Made by a program: the position numbers and the translations under genes. From an uncultured Alphaproteobacteria bacterium (GTDB taxonomy: Bacteria > Pseudomonadota > Alphaproteobacteria > Rs-D84), in contig CALXMS010000001.1 of assembly GCA_944389535.1 (NCBI GenBank), positions 3,390-67,389 on the forward strand: a stretch of DNA of 64,000 nt, in the 5' to 3' direction. Every line of letters begins with the position of its first letter. The stretch's first letter is position 1. Shown here one piece after another: positions 30,030-38,196 of the stretch. The notes under the pieces were generated by a model, which saw only the letters and a list, made by a program, of their open reading frames with translations, ran no database searches and had not been told where the DNA came from.

Positions 30030-31283
30030 TTATTTTTCAAATTTTTTCAGAACTAAACTTGCATTTGTACCGCCAAAACCGAAAGAGTTACTTAAAGCAA
30101 CCTTAACCTCTTTCTTTTGTGCTTTATTCGGTACCAAGTTGAAATCACCGACCTCTTCTTCTGGGTCTTGTAAATTAATTGTCGGTGGGACGATTCCGTC
30201 ACGTATCGCCAAAACGCTGAATATCGCTTCGACAGCCCCCGCAGCACCTAGCAAGTGTCCCGTCATAGACTTTGTTGAAGACATACAAACATTTGTACCT
30301 GCAAATAATGTTTTAACTGCGGCTAATTCACCAAGATCCCCTAAACCAGTCGATGTACCATGAGCATTAATATAATCAACGTCTGATGGTTGTAAACCGG
30401 CATCTTTTATTGCGGCCTGCATTGCGCGCATACCGCCTTCCCCATTTGGTGCCGGCGCGGTAATATGATACGCATCACCAGACAAACCATAACCCGCCAC
30501 TTCGGCATAAATTTTAGCACCACGGGCAACAGCATGTTCATATTCTTCTAAAACGAGAATACCTGCGCCTTCAGCCATAACGAAACCATCGCGTCCCTTA
30601 TCCCAAGGTCTTGAAGCACCTTCTGGGTCATCGTTACGCGTAGATAGCGCTTTCATAGCGCAGAAACCGGCAACACCGATTTTACCGACAGCGCCTTCTG
30701 CACCACCGGCCACCATAATATCCGCATCACCATGCTGAATTAGACGCACTGCTTCCCCAATAGAATGAGCCGACGAAGCACAGGCCGTTACAACAGAAAT
30801 GTTTGGTCCCTTTAACCCATACTTAATTGATATATTTCCTGCCGCCATATTTATAATTACTTTCGGTATAAAAAACGGACTGATATGACGAGGACCATTC
30901 GCATATAATTCTGCGCAATTATCATATATTGTATTTAATCCCCCGATACCAGCACCGACAGATACACCAAAACGATTTTTATCACCATCATAGTCAATCA
31001 AACCAGCATCACGCAAAGCTTCATCTGCGGCGACCATACCGTAAATAATAAACTTTTCTAATTTACGCTGTTCACGGGCATCAACAGCAACGTCTGGATT
31101 ATATTGTCCAGGTTCAGTTCCGACAACAGGCAGCCCTGCAATTTGTGAAGATAAATCCGACGCATCAAATGTATCTATTTTGCGCACACCAGAAACGCCG
31201 TTTACAATATTCTTCCATGCATATTCAACACCTGTTCCGACTGGTGATACAATTCCCATACCGGTAATGACTACTCTTTTCAT
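30030..31283 (-). CDS. fabF: 3-oxoacyl-ACP synthase II
   Basis: MKRVVITGMGIVSPVG.. ..VVTACASSAHSIGEA.. ..NAHGTSTGLGD.. ..SNSFGFGGTNASLV... The start was moved to the ATG at 31283. Confidence 0.95.
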   Translation of the reverse strand: MKRVVITGMGIVSPVGTGVEYAWKNIVNGVSGVRKIDTFDASDLSSQIAGLPVVGTEPGQYNPDVAVDAREQRKLEKFIIYGMVAADEALRDAGLIDYDGDKNRFGVSVGAGIGGLNTIYDNCAELYANGPRHISPFFIPKVIINMAAGNISIKYGLKGPNISVVTACASSAHSIGEAVRLIQHGDADIMVAGGAEGAVGKIGVAGFCAMKALSTRNDDPEGASRPWDKGRDGFVMAEGAGILVLEEYEHAVARGAKIYAEVAGYGLSGDAYHITAPAPNGEGGMRAMQAAIKDAGLQPSDVDYINAHGTSTGLGDLGELAAVKTLFAGTNVCMSSTKSMTGHLLGAAGAVEAIFSVLAIRDGIVPPTINLQDPEEEVGDFNLVPNKAQKKEVKVALSNSFGFGGTNASLVLKKFEK

Positions 31284-31353
31284 ACTTATCATCCTTTATA
31301 AGTTTTTACTTAAACACAATACCATAATAGCCTGTTTATAACCTTTCGTACAG

Positions 31354-31388
31354 AAAAAAATCCGTCGACAGACAAAATACGCGACGGA
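31354..31388 (-). terminator. Terminator/attenuator between acpP and fabF
   Basis: On the minus strand: TCCGTCG-14 nt-CGACGGA followed by TTTTTTT. Confidence 0.6.
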
Positions 31389-31418
31389 CTTTAATATAAC
31401 ATGGTACAAGCCACACAA

Positions 31419-31652
31419 TTATTTTTTATGAGCTTCGATATATTTAACAGCATCACCAACTGTTGTCAATTTTGCGGCTTCTTCATCTGGAATTGTGATA
31501 TCAAATTCTTTTTCTACTTCCATGACGAATTCTACAACGTCCAAAGAATCTGCACCCAAATCATTTACAAATGAGGATGTTTCTTCAATCTTAGCTTCTG
31601 CAACACCTAATTTATCAGCTACGATTTTTCTTACTTTTTCAAAAGTTGTCAT
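31419..31652 (-). CDS. acpP: Acyl carrier protein
   Basis: ..[19 protein letters not shown].. (phosphopantetheine Ser in the DSL motif). Confidence 0.96.
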   Translation of the reverse strand: MTTFEKVRKIVADKLGVAEAKIEETSSFVNDLGADSLDVVEFVMEVEKEFDITIPDEEAAKLTTVGDAVKYIEAHKK

Positions 31653-31785
31653 TTTTTATCCTTTGTTTTTGTTAAATTTGTGGCCCAACTTTGGGCGTCA
31701 TTATTTAAAACTATCATTTTATGACATAAGTGTCAAGAAATTATAACAAACTATAACAAATGCTTGACATACTAAAAATATATGT

Positions 31786-32784
31786 TTATGGCATAAGCTC
31801 TGACAATACAGTATTCATATTTTCTCTTAAAAGCTCTTTATCAGAAGACCATATTAACTGTCGCATAATGAATTTATTAACATCATCCATTGTTAAATTA
31901 GGCATACCCGCTGCGATAGCCACACGTTTCCATGCGACACGAGGATCTGTCAAATGACTGCGACCGCGACCGGGAAATACCCATCTTCCGTTTTGAGGTA
32001 AATCTTGTAATAAAACAACCGCCATATCTGACAACGGCTTTTCACACCAAGTATAATGATTAAAATCTAAATCTCGCCACTGCATAGCAAATATACTAGC
32101 CTTAGAAGCAAAACCGTATATTAACATTAAAAATGCAGATTTTAATACAGGATCGGTTTCAGCGTTGATGACACGCGTCAAGCGATGAAAGCCCGATTTA
32201 TTTAAAGGTCTTATCCGACAATGTTGTTTTATCTTTGGAATGGCAAGAACCGGGTTTTGTTTAACATATCCTGTCTCTGTTGCATATTTAAAAACACTTT
32301 GTAAGAATTCTTGCATGCGACCGGCTATAGCTCTTCCAGGAATATTATCTATTACCTTCTTTATATCTTCTGTTGATATTTCATCAATATTGCTACCTAA
32401 AATCGCGGGGAAATGTCGATTTATTGCCCGTTCTAATTTATCACGAGACTGATTATTTCGACGCACCTTCTTTTCTATATATAACTTAAGAAATTTATTC
32501 AAAGTTATTTTGCGCTTATGGGTAACTTTTTTTTCTATAGCCGCAGATAAAATCTCTGATACCGCACCACGAGCAGTTTCTATATCTGTATCAGGATAAT
32601 TACCTATGATGATTCGTTTATCCTTTCCATGAATACGTTTTCTGACAAAAAAAGTTTTTACTCCGCGACTAGTTATATACATTCTTAACCGTGGCTCAGA
32701 AATATCTTGAACCACATCAAACCCTTTATCCGGCGCAGGTAAACTGTCCAATATATAAGGATTAAAAAAGAATTGATGCGCCAT
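31786..32784 (-). CDS. Tyrosine-recombinase (P4-type integrase)-like protein that appears to lack the catalytic residues
   Basis: The N-terminal arm is integrase-like (..LPAPDKGFDVVQDISEPRLRMYITSRGVKTFFVRKRIHGKDKRIIIGNYPDTDIETAR..), as is the core-binding part. Where G-x-R-x-x-E is expected the sequence reads YGFASKAS, and where H-x-x-R is expected it reads TMDDVNKF. The last 86 residues contain no Tyr. Confidence 0.65.
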   Translation of the reverse strand: MAHQFFFNPYILDSLPAPDKGFDVVQDISEPRLRMYITSRGVKTFFVRKRIHGKDKRIIIGNYPDTDIETARGAVSEILSAAIEKKVTHKRKITLNKFLKLYIEKKVRRNNQSRDKLERAINRHFPAILGSNIDEISTEDIKKVIDNIPGRAIAGRMQEFLQSVFKYATETGYVKQNPVLAIPKIKQHCRIRPLNKSGFHRLTRVINAETDPVLKSAFLMLIYGFASKASIFAMQWRDLDFNHYTWCEKPLSDMAVVLLQDLPQNGRWVFPGRGRSHLTDPRVAWKRVAIAAGMPNLTMDDVNKFIMRQLIWSSDKELLRENMNTVLSELMP

Positions 32785-32809
32785 AGCATATGCCTTTAAT
32801 TAATGTATA

Positions 32810-33223
32810 TTATCTTGCACGTAAAAATTTTTCGTGCCAAAACCTATCTCTTTTATCTAACCAAAATTTATATTTTTCTAAAACTTCACAATAATTATGA
32901 TTATCCTGGCTATACGGACAACTTTCTTTATGACATTTTGATAAATTATACTCTGAACAATCAGGAGAAAAATGCTGACAATATTCAACGCCGAAAGCAA
33001 TAGAAATTCCATCAGGATCATTAAAATTAAACTGATCTTTTATACCTGACCTAATACAAGATAAAGAAACGCCTTCTAAATCCTCGCACAATATGTAACC
33101 ACGTGCCGCAAAAACGCTTCGCTTTAATTCCTTACAATATTTTTTTAATTCTTTGTATTGCTCGCAGTCTTTACGAAATTTTTTCCAATTAGTCTGTTGA
33201 ATATAATTTAATACAGGTAACAT
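32810..33223 (-). CDS. Small Cys-motif protein, paralogue 1 of 3 (unknown family)
   Basis: The start was moved to the ATG at 33223 (AAAGGA RBS; the track start is TTG). It reads MLPVLNYIQQTNWKKF.. ..YCQHFSPDCSEYNLSKCHKESCPYSQDNHNY.. ..FWHEKF... Confidence 0.65.
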   Translation of the reverse strand: MLPVLNYIQQTNWKKFRKDCEQYKELKKYCKELKRSVFAARGYILCEDLEGVSLSCIRSGIKDQFNFNDPDGISIAFGVEYCQHFSPDCSEYNLSKCHKESCPYSQDNHNYCEVLEKYKFWLDKRDRFWHEKFLRAR

Positions 33224-33301
33224 ATAAAAATCCTTTTTGTCTTTAGTACGTATATTGTTTCGCTTCCCTCCCCTTTGTTTTCCTATAATCAAATATAAAA
33301 T

Positions 33302-33685
33302 CTATTTTGTAAGTGTAAATTTATTTATCCAAAATTTATTCTTTAAACTCCTTATACTTTTTCTCTTTTGTATCGCCTGAAAATATTCTTTATTCCGTAA
33401 ATAACACGGACAGTCACTATTTTTACAAGGTACTTTTGAGCTAAATGATTCACATTCATCAGATAACAAATGAGGCATCATATCTTCGTTATTTGAATCA
33501 ACGATGAATTCCCACCATTCTCTTAAACACGTTTGTGAGCTGCTATTATTTAATCTTTTTCTTGCTAAAATTTCTTCTTTTTCTGCTTCAAAATATTTAT
33601 GTCTGATGGCTTTATATTCTTCAAAATCCAAAGCAATTTTATTAAACGGTTCCTTAATCATGTATTTTATTACTTTAATTAACAT
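33302..33685 (-). CDS. Small Cys-motif protein, paralogue 2 of 3
   Basis: MLIKVIKYMIKEPFNKI.. ..ECESFSSKVPCKNSDCPCYLRNKEY.. ..KFWINKF.., preceded by an AAAGGAA RBS. Confidence 0.65.
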   Translation of the reverse strand: MLIKVIKYMIKEPFNKIALDFEEYKAIRHKYFEAEKEEILARKRLNNSSSQTCLREWWEFIVDSNNEDMMPHLLSDECESFSSKVPCKNSDCPCYLRNKEYFQAIQKRKSIRSLKNKFWINKFTLTK

Positions 33686-33709
33686 TTATATTCCTTTTAC
33701 ATAATCTTG

Positions 33710-34111
33710 TTATTTATGATTCTCAAACTTTCTTGCCCAGAAATTATTTTTTATTTTTAACATTCGCTCATAATCCCTATGCAACTGGTAGTATTTATTA
33801 TTTTGTACGACATACGGACAATCTCTACATTGACATTTTATTGGATCCGTCTCTAAACCAAAATGCAAACAATATTTATCATTTGCAAATAATGGGTTTT
33901 TATTTTTTGAACTTTTTTGTACTTTACGAATACATGCAAGCGGTTGCCCCATAGATTCAAATTTAGTTTCATCACAAATCAAATCTAATTTAACGATATC
34001 CGCCAGTTTATTTATAATATGTAAGTTTCTTTTTAACTGAATATAATATTGCCAATCTTTTTTTACCTCAGATAAATTAGTCTTTATAATATATTTAAAA
34101 ACAGAAAGCAT
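33710..34111 (-). CDS. Small Cys-motif protein, paralogue 3 of 3
   Basis: MLSVFKYIIKTNLSEV.. ..YCLHFGLETDPIKCQCRDCPYVVQNNKY.. ..NFWARKF... It starts 21 nt after the lepA stop codon. Confidence 0.65.
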   Translation of the reverse strand: MLSVFKYIIKTNLSEVKKDWQYYIQLKRNLHIINKLADIVKLDLICDETKFESMGQPLACIRKVQKSSKNKNPLFANDKYCLHFGLETDPIKCQCRDCPYVVQNNKYYQLHRDYERMLKIKNNFWARKFENHK

Positions 34112-34132
34112 ATTTTTAGCCTTTTTTTCTAA

Positions 34133-35926
34133 TTATACTTTTAGTGCATTTATGAACGCAGATTGCGGTATTTCTACGTTACCGAAAGTCCGCATCCGCT
34201 TTTTTCCCTCTTTCTGCTTCTCCAATAATTTTCTTTTACGCGTTATATCACCGCCATAGCATTTTGCTGTAACATCTTTTCGATATGCAGCGATTGTTTC
34301 GCGAGCTATTATTTTCCCTCCTATCGCAGCCTGTAAAGGAATTTTAAATTGATGACGAGGAATCAAATCTTTCAACCTTTCTACAATCTGCCTTCCTCTT
34401 TTTTCTGCCGCGCTGCGATGACACATAAACGATAAAGGTTCAACATTTTCATCGTTTACAAGAATAGAAACTTTTACCAGATCAGACGCTTGATATCCCT
34501 CCATAACATAATCAAACGACGCATAACCAGATGAAATTGATTTTACCCTGTCATAAAAGTCAAAAACTATTTCTGCCAGCGGTAAATGATATACCAGTAC
34601 GGCCCTGTTACCGACATAAGATATATTTTCTTGTACTCCGCGTCTTTCGGAACACAGTGACATAATCCCCCCCATATACTTATCCGGCATCATGATGGTT
34701 GCGCGAACCCATGGTTCTTCTATAGATGAAATTTTTGTTAAATCTGGCATATCGGCAGGATTTTCTAAATCAACGACGCTGCCGTCACGTAAATATACCT
34801 TATACAACACGCTTGGAACGGTATTTATCAAGTTCAAATTAAATTCGCGCCGTAATCGTTCACTTATAATTTCCATATGCAGCAAGCCTAAGAAACCACA
34901 CCGCAAACCAAATCCCAGCGCAGATGATTTTTCAGTTGTAAACATAAACGATGCGTCATTTAATGCCAGCTTTTCAGCACTATCACGAAGATTAGGATAG
35001 TCGTCTGCTTCGACAGGAAAGAAAGAAGAAAATACCACAGGTATTGACGGTTTAAATCCCGGCAAAGGTTCACCGCCGGCACTGTTTCTTGCATCGGTTA
35101 TCGTATCCCCAACTTTACAGTCATGAATCGTTTTCATACCAGTAATGATAAAACCTATTTCACCGGTTTCTAGAGAGTCTGCGTCAACCATCTTCGGGGT
35201 AAAGAAACCGATTTTTTCAATCACATATTCTGCACCAGTCGCCATAAATTTGATTTTCTGTCCCTTGGTTAATCTTCCGTCCACAACCCTAACTAAGATT
35301 ACGACTCCTAAATAAGAATCATACCAAGAATCCACCAATAAAGCCCTTGATGTAGCATTCTCATTTCCACGCGGCGCCGGTAATTTTTTGACGATTTCTT
35401 CCAATAATTCCGGCACCCCATCACCAGTTTTTCCAGAAACACATAACGCCTCTGCCGCATCTAAACCTATTACGTCAGCAATCTGTGCACGTGTTCCTTC
35501 GACATCACTTGACGGTAAATCAATTTTATTTAAAACCGGCAACATTTCTAAATCATTATCCAGTGCAAGATAAGCATTTGCCAACGTCTGTGCCTGTACA
35601 CCCTGTGTGGCATCAACTAAAATTAATGCACCTTCACATGCCGCTAAACTACGTGAAACCTCATAAGAAAAATCCACGTGACCTGGTGTGTCCATTAAAT
35701 TCAGCTGATATACCTGACCGTCTTTTGCTTTATAATTTAACCGCACAGTCTGAGCCTTAATGGTTATTCCACGTTCACGCTCAATATCCATAGAATCAAG
35801 AACCTGCGCTTTCATCTCACGCGATTGTAAACCACCCGTAAATTCAATCAACCTATCAGATAAAGTCGACTTCCCGTGGTCAATATGTGCAACGATTGCA
35901 AAGTTTCTTATATTCTTCTGATTCAT
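34133..35926 (-). CDS. lepA: Elongation factor 4 (LepA)
   Basis: [28 protein letters not shown]..; 597 aa, with the LepA C-terminal domain ..[22 protein letters not shown]... Confidence 0.96.
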   Translation of the reverse strand: MNQKNIRNFAIVAHIDHGKSTLSDRLIEFTGGLQSREMKAQVLDSMDIERERGITIKAQTVRLNYKAKDGQVYQLNLMDTPGHVDFSYEVSRSLAACEGALILVDATQGVQAQTLANAYLALDNDLEMLPVLNKIDLPSSDVEGTRAQIADVIGLDAAEALCVSGKTGDGVPELLEEIVKKLPAPRGNENATSRALLVDSWYDSYLGVVILVRVVDGRLTKGQKIKFMATGAEYVIEKIGFFTPKMVDADSLETGEIGFIITGMKTIHDCKVGDTITDARNSAGGEPLPGFKPSIPVVFSSFFPVEADDYPNLRDSAEKLALNDASFMFTTEKSSALGFGLRCGFLGLLHMEIISERLRREFNLNLINTVPSVLYKVYLRDGSVVDLENPADMPDLTKISSIEEPWVRATIMMPDKYMGGIMSLCSERRGVQENISYVGNRAVLVYHLPLAEIVFDFYDRVKSISSGYASFDYVMEGYQASDLVKVSILVNDENVEPLSFMCHRSAAEKRGRQIVERLKDLIPRHQFKIPLQAAIGGKIIARETIAAYRKDVTAKCYGGDITRKRKLLEKQKEGKKRMRTFGNVEIPQSAFINALKV

Positions 35927-36016
35927 ATAAAACTCTTGGTGACATCACTACTTATGCGGCAATGATACACCAGTATAATTAAACCTGCAACTATAAAATT
36001 TGGATTTTTTTATTTT

Positions 36017-36373
36017 CTACTTATCAAGTTTACTTAACAAAGAATCTATACGTTCTGCCCTATCCAAAGTGTCATCGTATTCAAATCTGATATCTGGAAC
36101 ATACTTCTGATTCATACGCGCAGCCAATTCATAACGGACTGTTTTCGTAATTTCTTCCAAACGGCGCTGAACAGCGGCAATATCGTCATTACGAGAATAA
36201 TAAAACAGACGTACGAACTGTAAACCACCATGAGCAACAGCACCGACTAAGGATACCCCCACCACCAATTTATCATCGGCATAATTATCACGTAATATTT
36301 CTGCTACCAGCGTTTGTACTTTACTTGCCACACGTTGGGCGCGATTAGAATTATTATTTTGTCGTTTCATCAT
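36017..36373 (-). CDS. rbfA: Ribosome-binding factor A
   Basis: ..RAQRVASKVQTLVAEILRD.. ..VRLFYY.. ..RYELAARMNQKYVPDIRFEYD... Confidence 0.85.
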   Translation of the reverse strand: MMKRQNNNSNRAQRVASKVQTLVAEILRDNYADDKLVVGVSLVGAVAHGGLQFVRLFYYSRNDDIAAVQRRLEEITKTVRYELAARMNQKYVPDIRFEYDDTLDRAERIDSLLSKLDK

Positions 36374-36465
36374 TTAATATATTCCTAGCATATAATATAT
36401 TGTAAATTATACAATATTAAATTACAATCAAGTAAATTTTCCGATAAAGATGGAGAGATTAAATA

Positions 36466-37041
36466 ATGAAATTTGCAGAATATATATTAAATAAATCAGA
36501 AAGTCGCGCATATTCATGGATTGTTTTTATTCTAACGATTTTTGAATCTATATTTCTTTTTATTCCTCCCGAAGTATTTATGACGCCTCCTATTATTGCT
36601 AATAAAAGGCGCGCGGTTCCGATTACCATTGCGACGGCGTTGGGTTCAATAGTTGGCGGTGCAATCGCTTATATGATTGGTGCATGGTTATGGGATTCGG
36701 TTGGAATGTGGCTAATAAATACTTTCTCTAATCCGGAACTGATAGAAAACGCTATAAAACCGATGTTCAGCAAATACGGTATTTTAATAATCGTTTTAAC
36801 CGCTGTAACGCCGATACCATATAAATTATTAGCTCTTTGGCTTGGTTTTATTGGATATCCAATATGGATATTCCTTGGCGTATCAGCGATATTCCGCACC
36901 GGTCGTTTTGTAACAGTTGCGGTTCTGTTATATTTTTTCCAAGAACAAGCAAACGCGATAGTAAAAAAATATTTCTGGCCATTAACTATCGGGGCCATAA
37001 TTGCCGCTGCCTTAGGGATATTTCTAGTATCGTTATTCTAA
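36466..37041 (+). CDS. YqaA/DedA-family inner-membrane protein
   Basis: Polytopic, with ..IFESIFLFIPPEVFMTPP.. resembling the YqaA-type motif. Confidence 0.65.
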   Translation: MKFAEYILNKSESRAYSWIVFILTIFESIFLFIPPEVFMTPPIIANKRRAVPITIATALGSIVGGAIAYMIGAWLWDSVGMWLINTFSNPELIENAIKPMFSKYGILIIVLTAVTPIPYKLLALWLGFIGYPIWIFLGVSAIFRTGRFVTVAVLLYFFQEQANAIVKKYFWPLTIGAIIAAALGIFLVSLF

Positions 37042-37045
37042 AAAT

Positions 37046-37079
37046 AAAAAAGTCACGCATTGCGTGACAAAATTTTTTA
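37046..37079. terminator. Bidirectional terminator (yqaA-like gene / fibre locus)
   Basis: AAAAAA-GTCACGCA-t-TGCGTGAC-AAAATTTTTT. Confidence 0.8.
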
Positions 37080-37089
37080 TTTCAAAGTT

Positions 37090-38070
37090 TTATTCAACCC
37101 AAATTGCTGCATACGTTGTTGCCGACGCACTGCCAACTGGTATTTGAACATTGCCTTTTGTAACAGTAACCTTACCATCTGTCTGAGAAACACCTGTAAC
37201 GACCGCTCCTGAACCAGAAGTTGCGCTGTCCAAAGCGTTAATTTCGGATTTTGTTGCATACGTAGATGTAATTACGTTACCACTGGCGTCTTGCGTTGCC
37301 TTTGTCGCACTGCCAGCAGTTGTTGCGCTATCTGCTGTTGCAGCATTATTAACAGTAACAACTCCGTCTGTTGAAACTGTAATATCACCACCACTTTTCA
37401 CCCCACCCAAAGCACCGGATGTTGCAGCTGGTAAAGTATAAGCGGTTGGAATAGTTGGTTTATTGGTTAAATCATTATAAGATCCTGACGTTGCAACGGT
37501 CGCCAAGTCATTTGTGTTTGCTTTGGCTGATAATTCTGTTTTTGTTGCGTACGTAGACGTAATTACATTACCGCTGGCGTCTTGGGTTGCTTTGGTCGCA
37601 CTGCCGGCGGTTGTAGCAGAATCTGCAGTTGTTGCGCTGTTAACTGTTACTACCCCATCTGTTGAAACAGTAATATCACCACCGCTTTTCACACCACCCA
37701 ACGCACCAGATGTCGCCGCAGGTAATTCATATTCAGCAACGTCACCGACATCTGCTTTTCCTGCTAATGCCGCTGCAACCGCCTTTTCTGATGGATAAGC
37801 AGTATCTGTTGCCGATGAAACATCTCTTACTGAGGTAACTTTGTTTTTAGTTTCTTCTGCTGTTATACCCTTTGTCGCAATAATGCTATCTCCACTTGCA
37901 GTAACACTGGTAACAACATTACCAGAACCACCAGTAGAACCGGTTATACCAGACAATCGTGTTTCTACTTGCTGATCAACATACCCCGTTGATGCAATAT
38001 CAGCAACCGCGTTTCCAACAACTAGAAACGACAATACAGAAACTGCAAAAATACCTTTAAATTTCATCAT
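37090..38070 (-). CDS. Secreted tail-fibre-like repeat protein 4 of 4 (326 aa)
   Basis: Signal peptide MMKFKGIFAVSVLSFLVVGNAVA followed by DIASTGYVDQQV. It also carries TAYPSEKAV, a 62-aa unit present twice (LPAATSGALGGVKSGGDITVSTDG..), and ATVATSGSYNDLTNKP. The C-terminus is ..TTYAAIWVE. Confidence 0.85.
   Translation of the reverse strand: MMKFKGIFAVSVLSFLVVGNAVADIASTGYVDQQVETRLSGITGSTGGSGNVVTSVTASGDSIIATKGITAEETKNKVTSVRDVSSATDTAYPSEKAVAAALAGKADVGDVAEYELPAATSGALGGVKSGGDITVSTDGVVTVNSATTADSATTAGSATKATQDASGNVITSTYATKTELSAKANTNDLATVATSGSYNDLTNKPTIPTAYTLPAATSGALGGVKSGGDITVSTDGVVTVNNAATADSATTAGSATKATQDASGNVITSTYATKSEINALDSATSGSGAVVTGVSQTDGKVTVTKGNVQIPVGSASATTYAAIWVE
37249..37434 (-). repeat. Coding repeat unit, copy 2 (62 aa) in the 37090 gene
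   Basis: Encodes LPAATSGALGGVKSGGDITVSTDGVVTVNNAATADSATTAGSATKATQDASGNVITSTYATK. Confidence 0.9.
37540..37725 (-). repeat. Coding repeat unit, copy 1 (62 aa) in the 37090 gene
   Basis: Same peptide as 37249-37434 except for 2 residues (..NSATTADS..). The period is 291 nt. Confidence 0.9.
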
Positions 38071-38139
38071 TATGTATTTTACCTAAAAATAACCCTTCTT
38101 GTCATTCTCAAAATAACATAAATGCAACTTTTTTACCTA

Positions 38140-38170
38140 TGTGCGGTATAAAAATTTATTATACCGCACA
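38140..38170 (-). promoter_or_regulatory. Perfect 12-bp hairpin between fibre genes 3 and 4
   Basis: TGTGCGGTATAA-7 nt-TTATACCGCACA. There is no clean U-tract on the minus strand. Confidence 0.5.
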
Positions 38171-38196
38171 CATTTTCAAAGCCTCTTCTTCATATA

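Noticed and set aside
28091-34132. tRNA-Pro plus the integrase as the hallmarks of a tRNA-targeted genomic island.
   Set aside because: The tRNA is 3.6 kb from the integrase-like gene, and the housekeeping genes for acyl-CoA synthetase, fabF and acpP lie between them. I found no copy of the tRNA 3' end near 31.7 or 34.1 kb. The integrase-like gene also appears catalytically dead.
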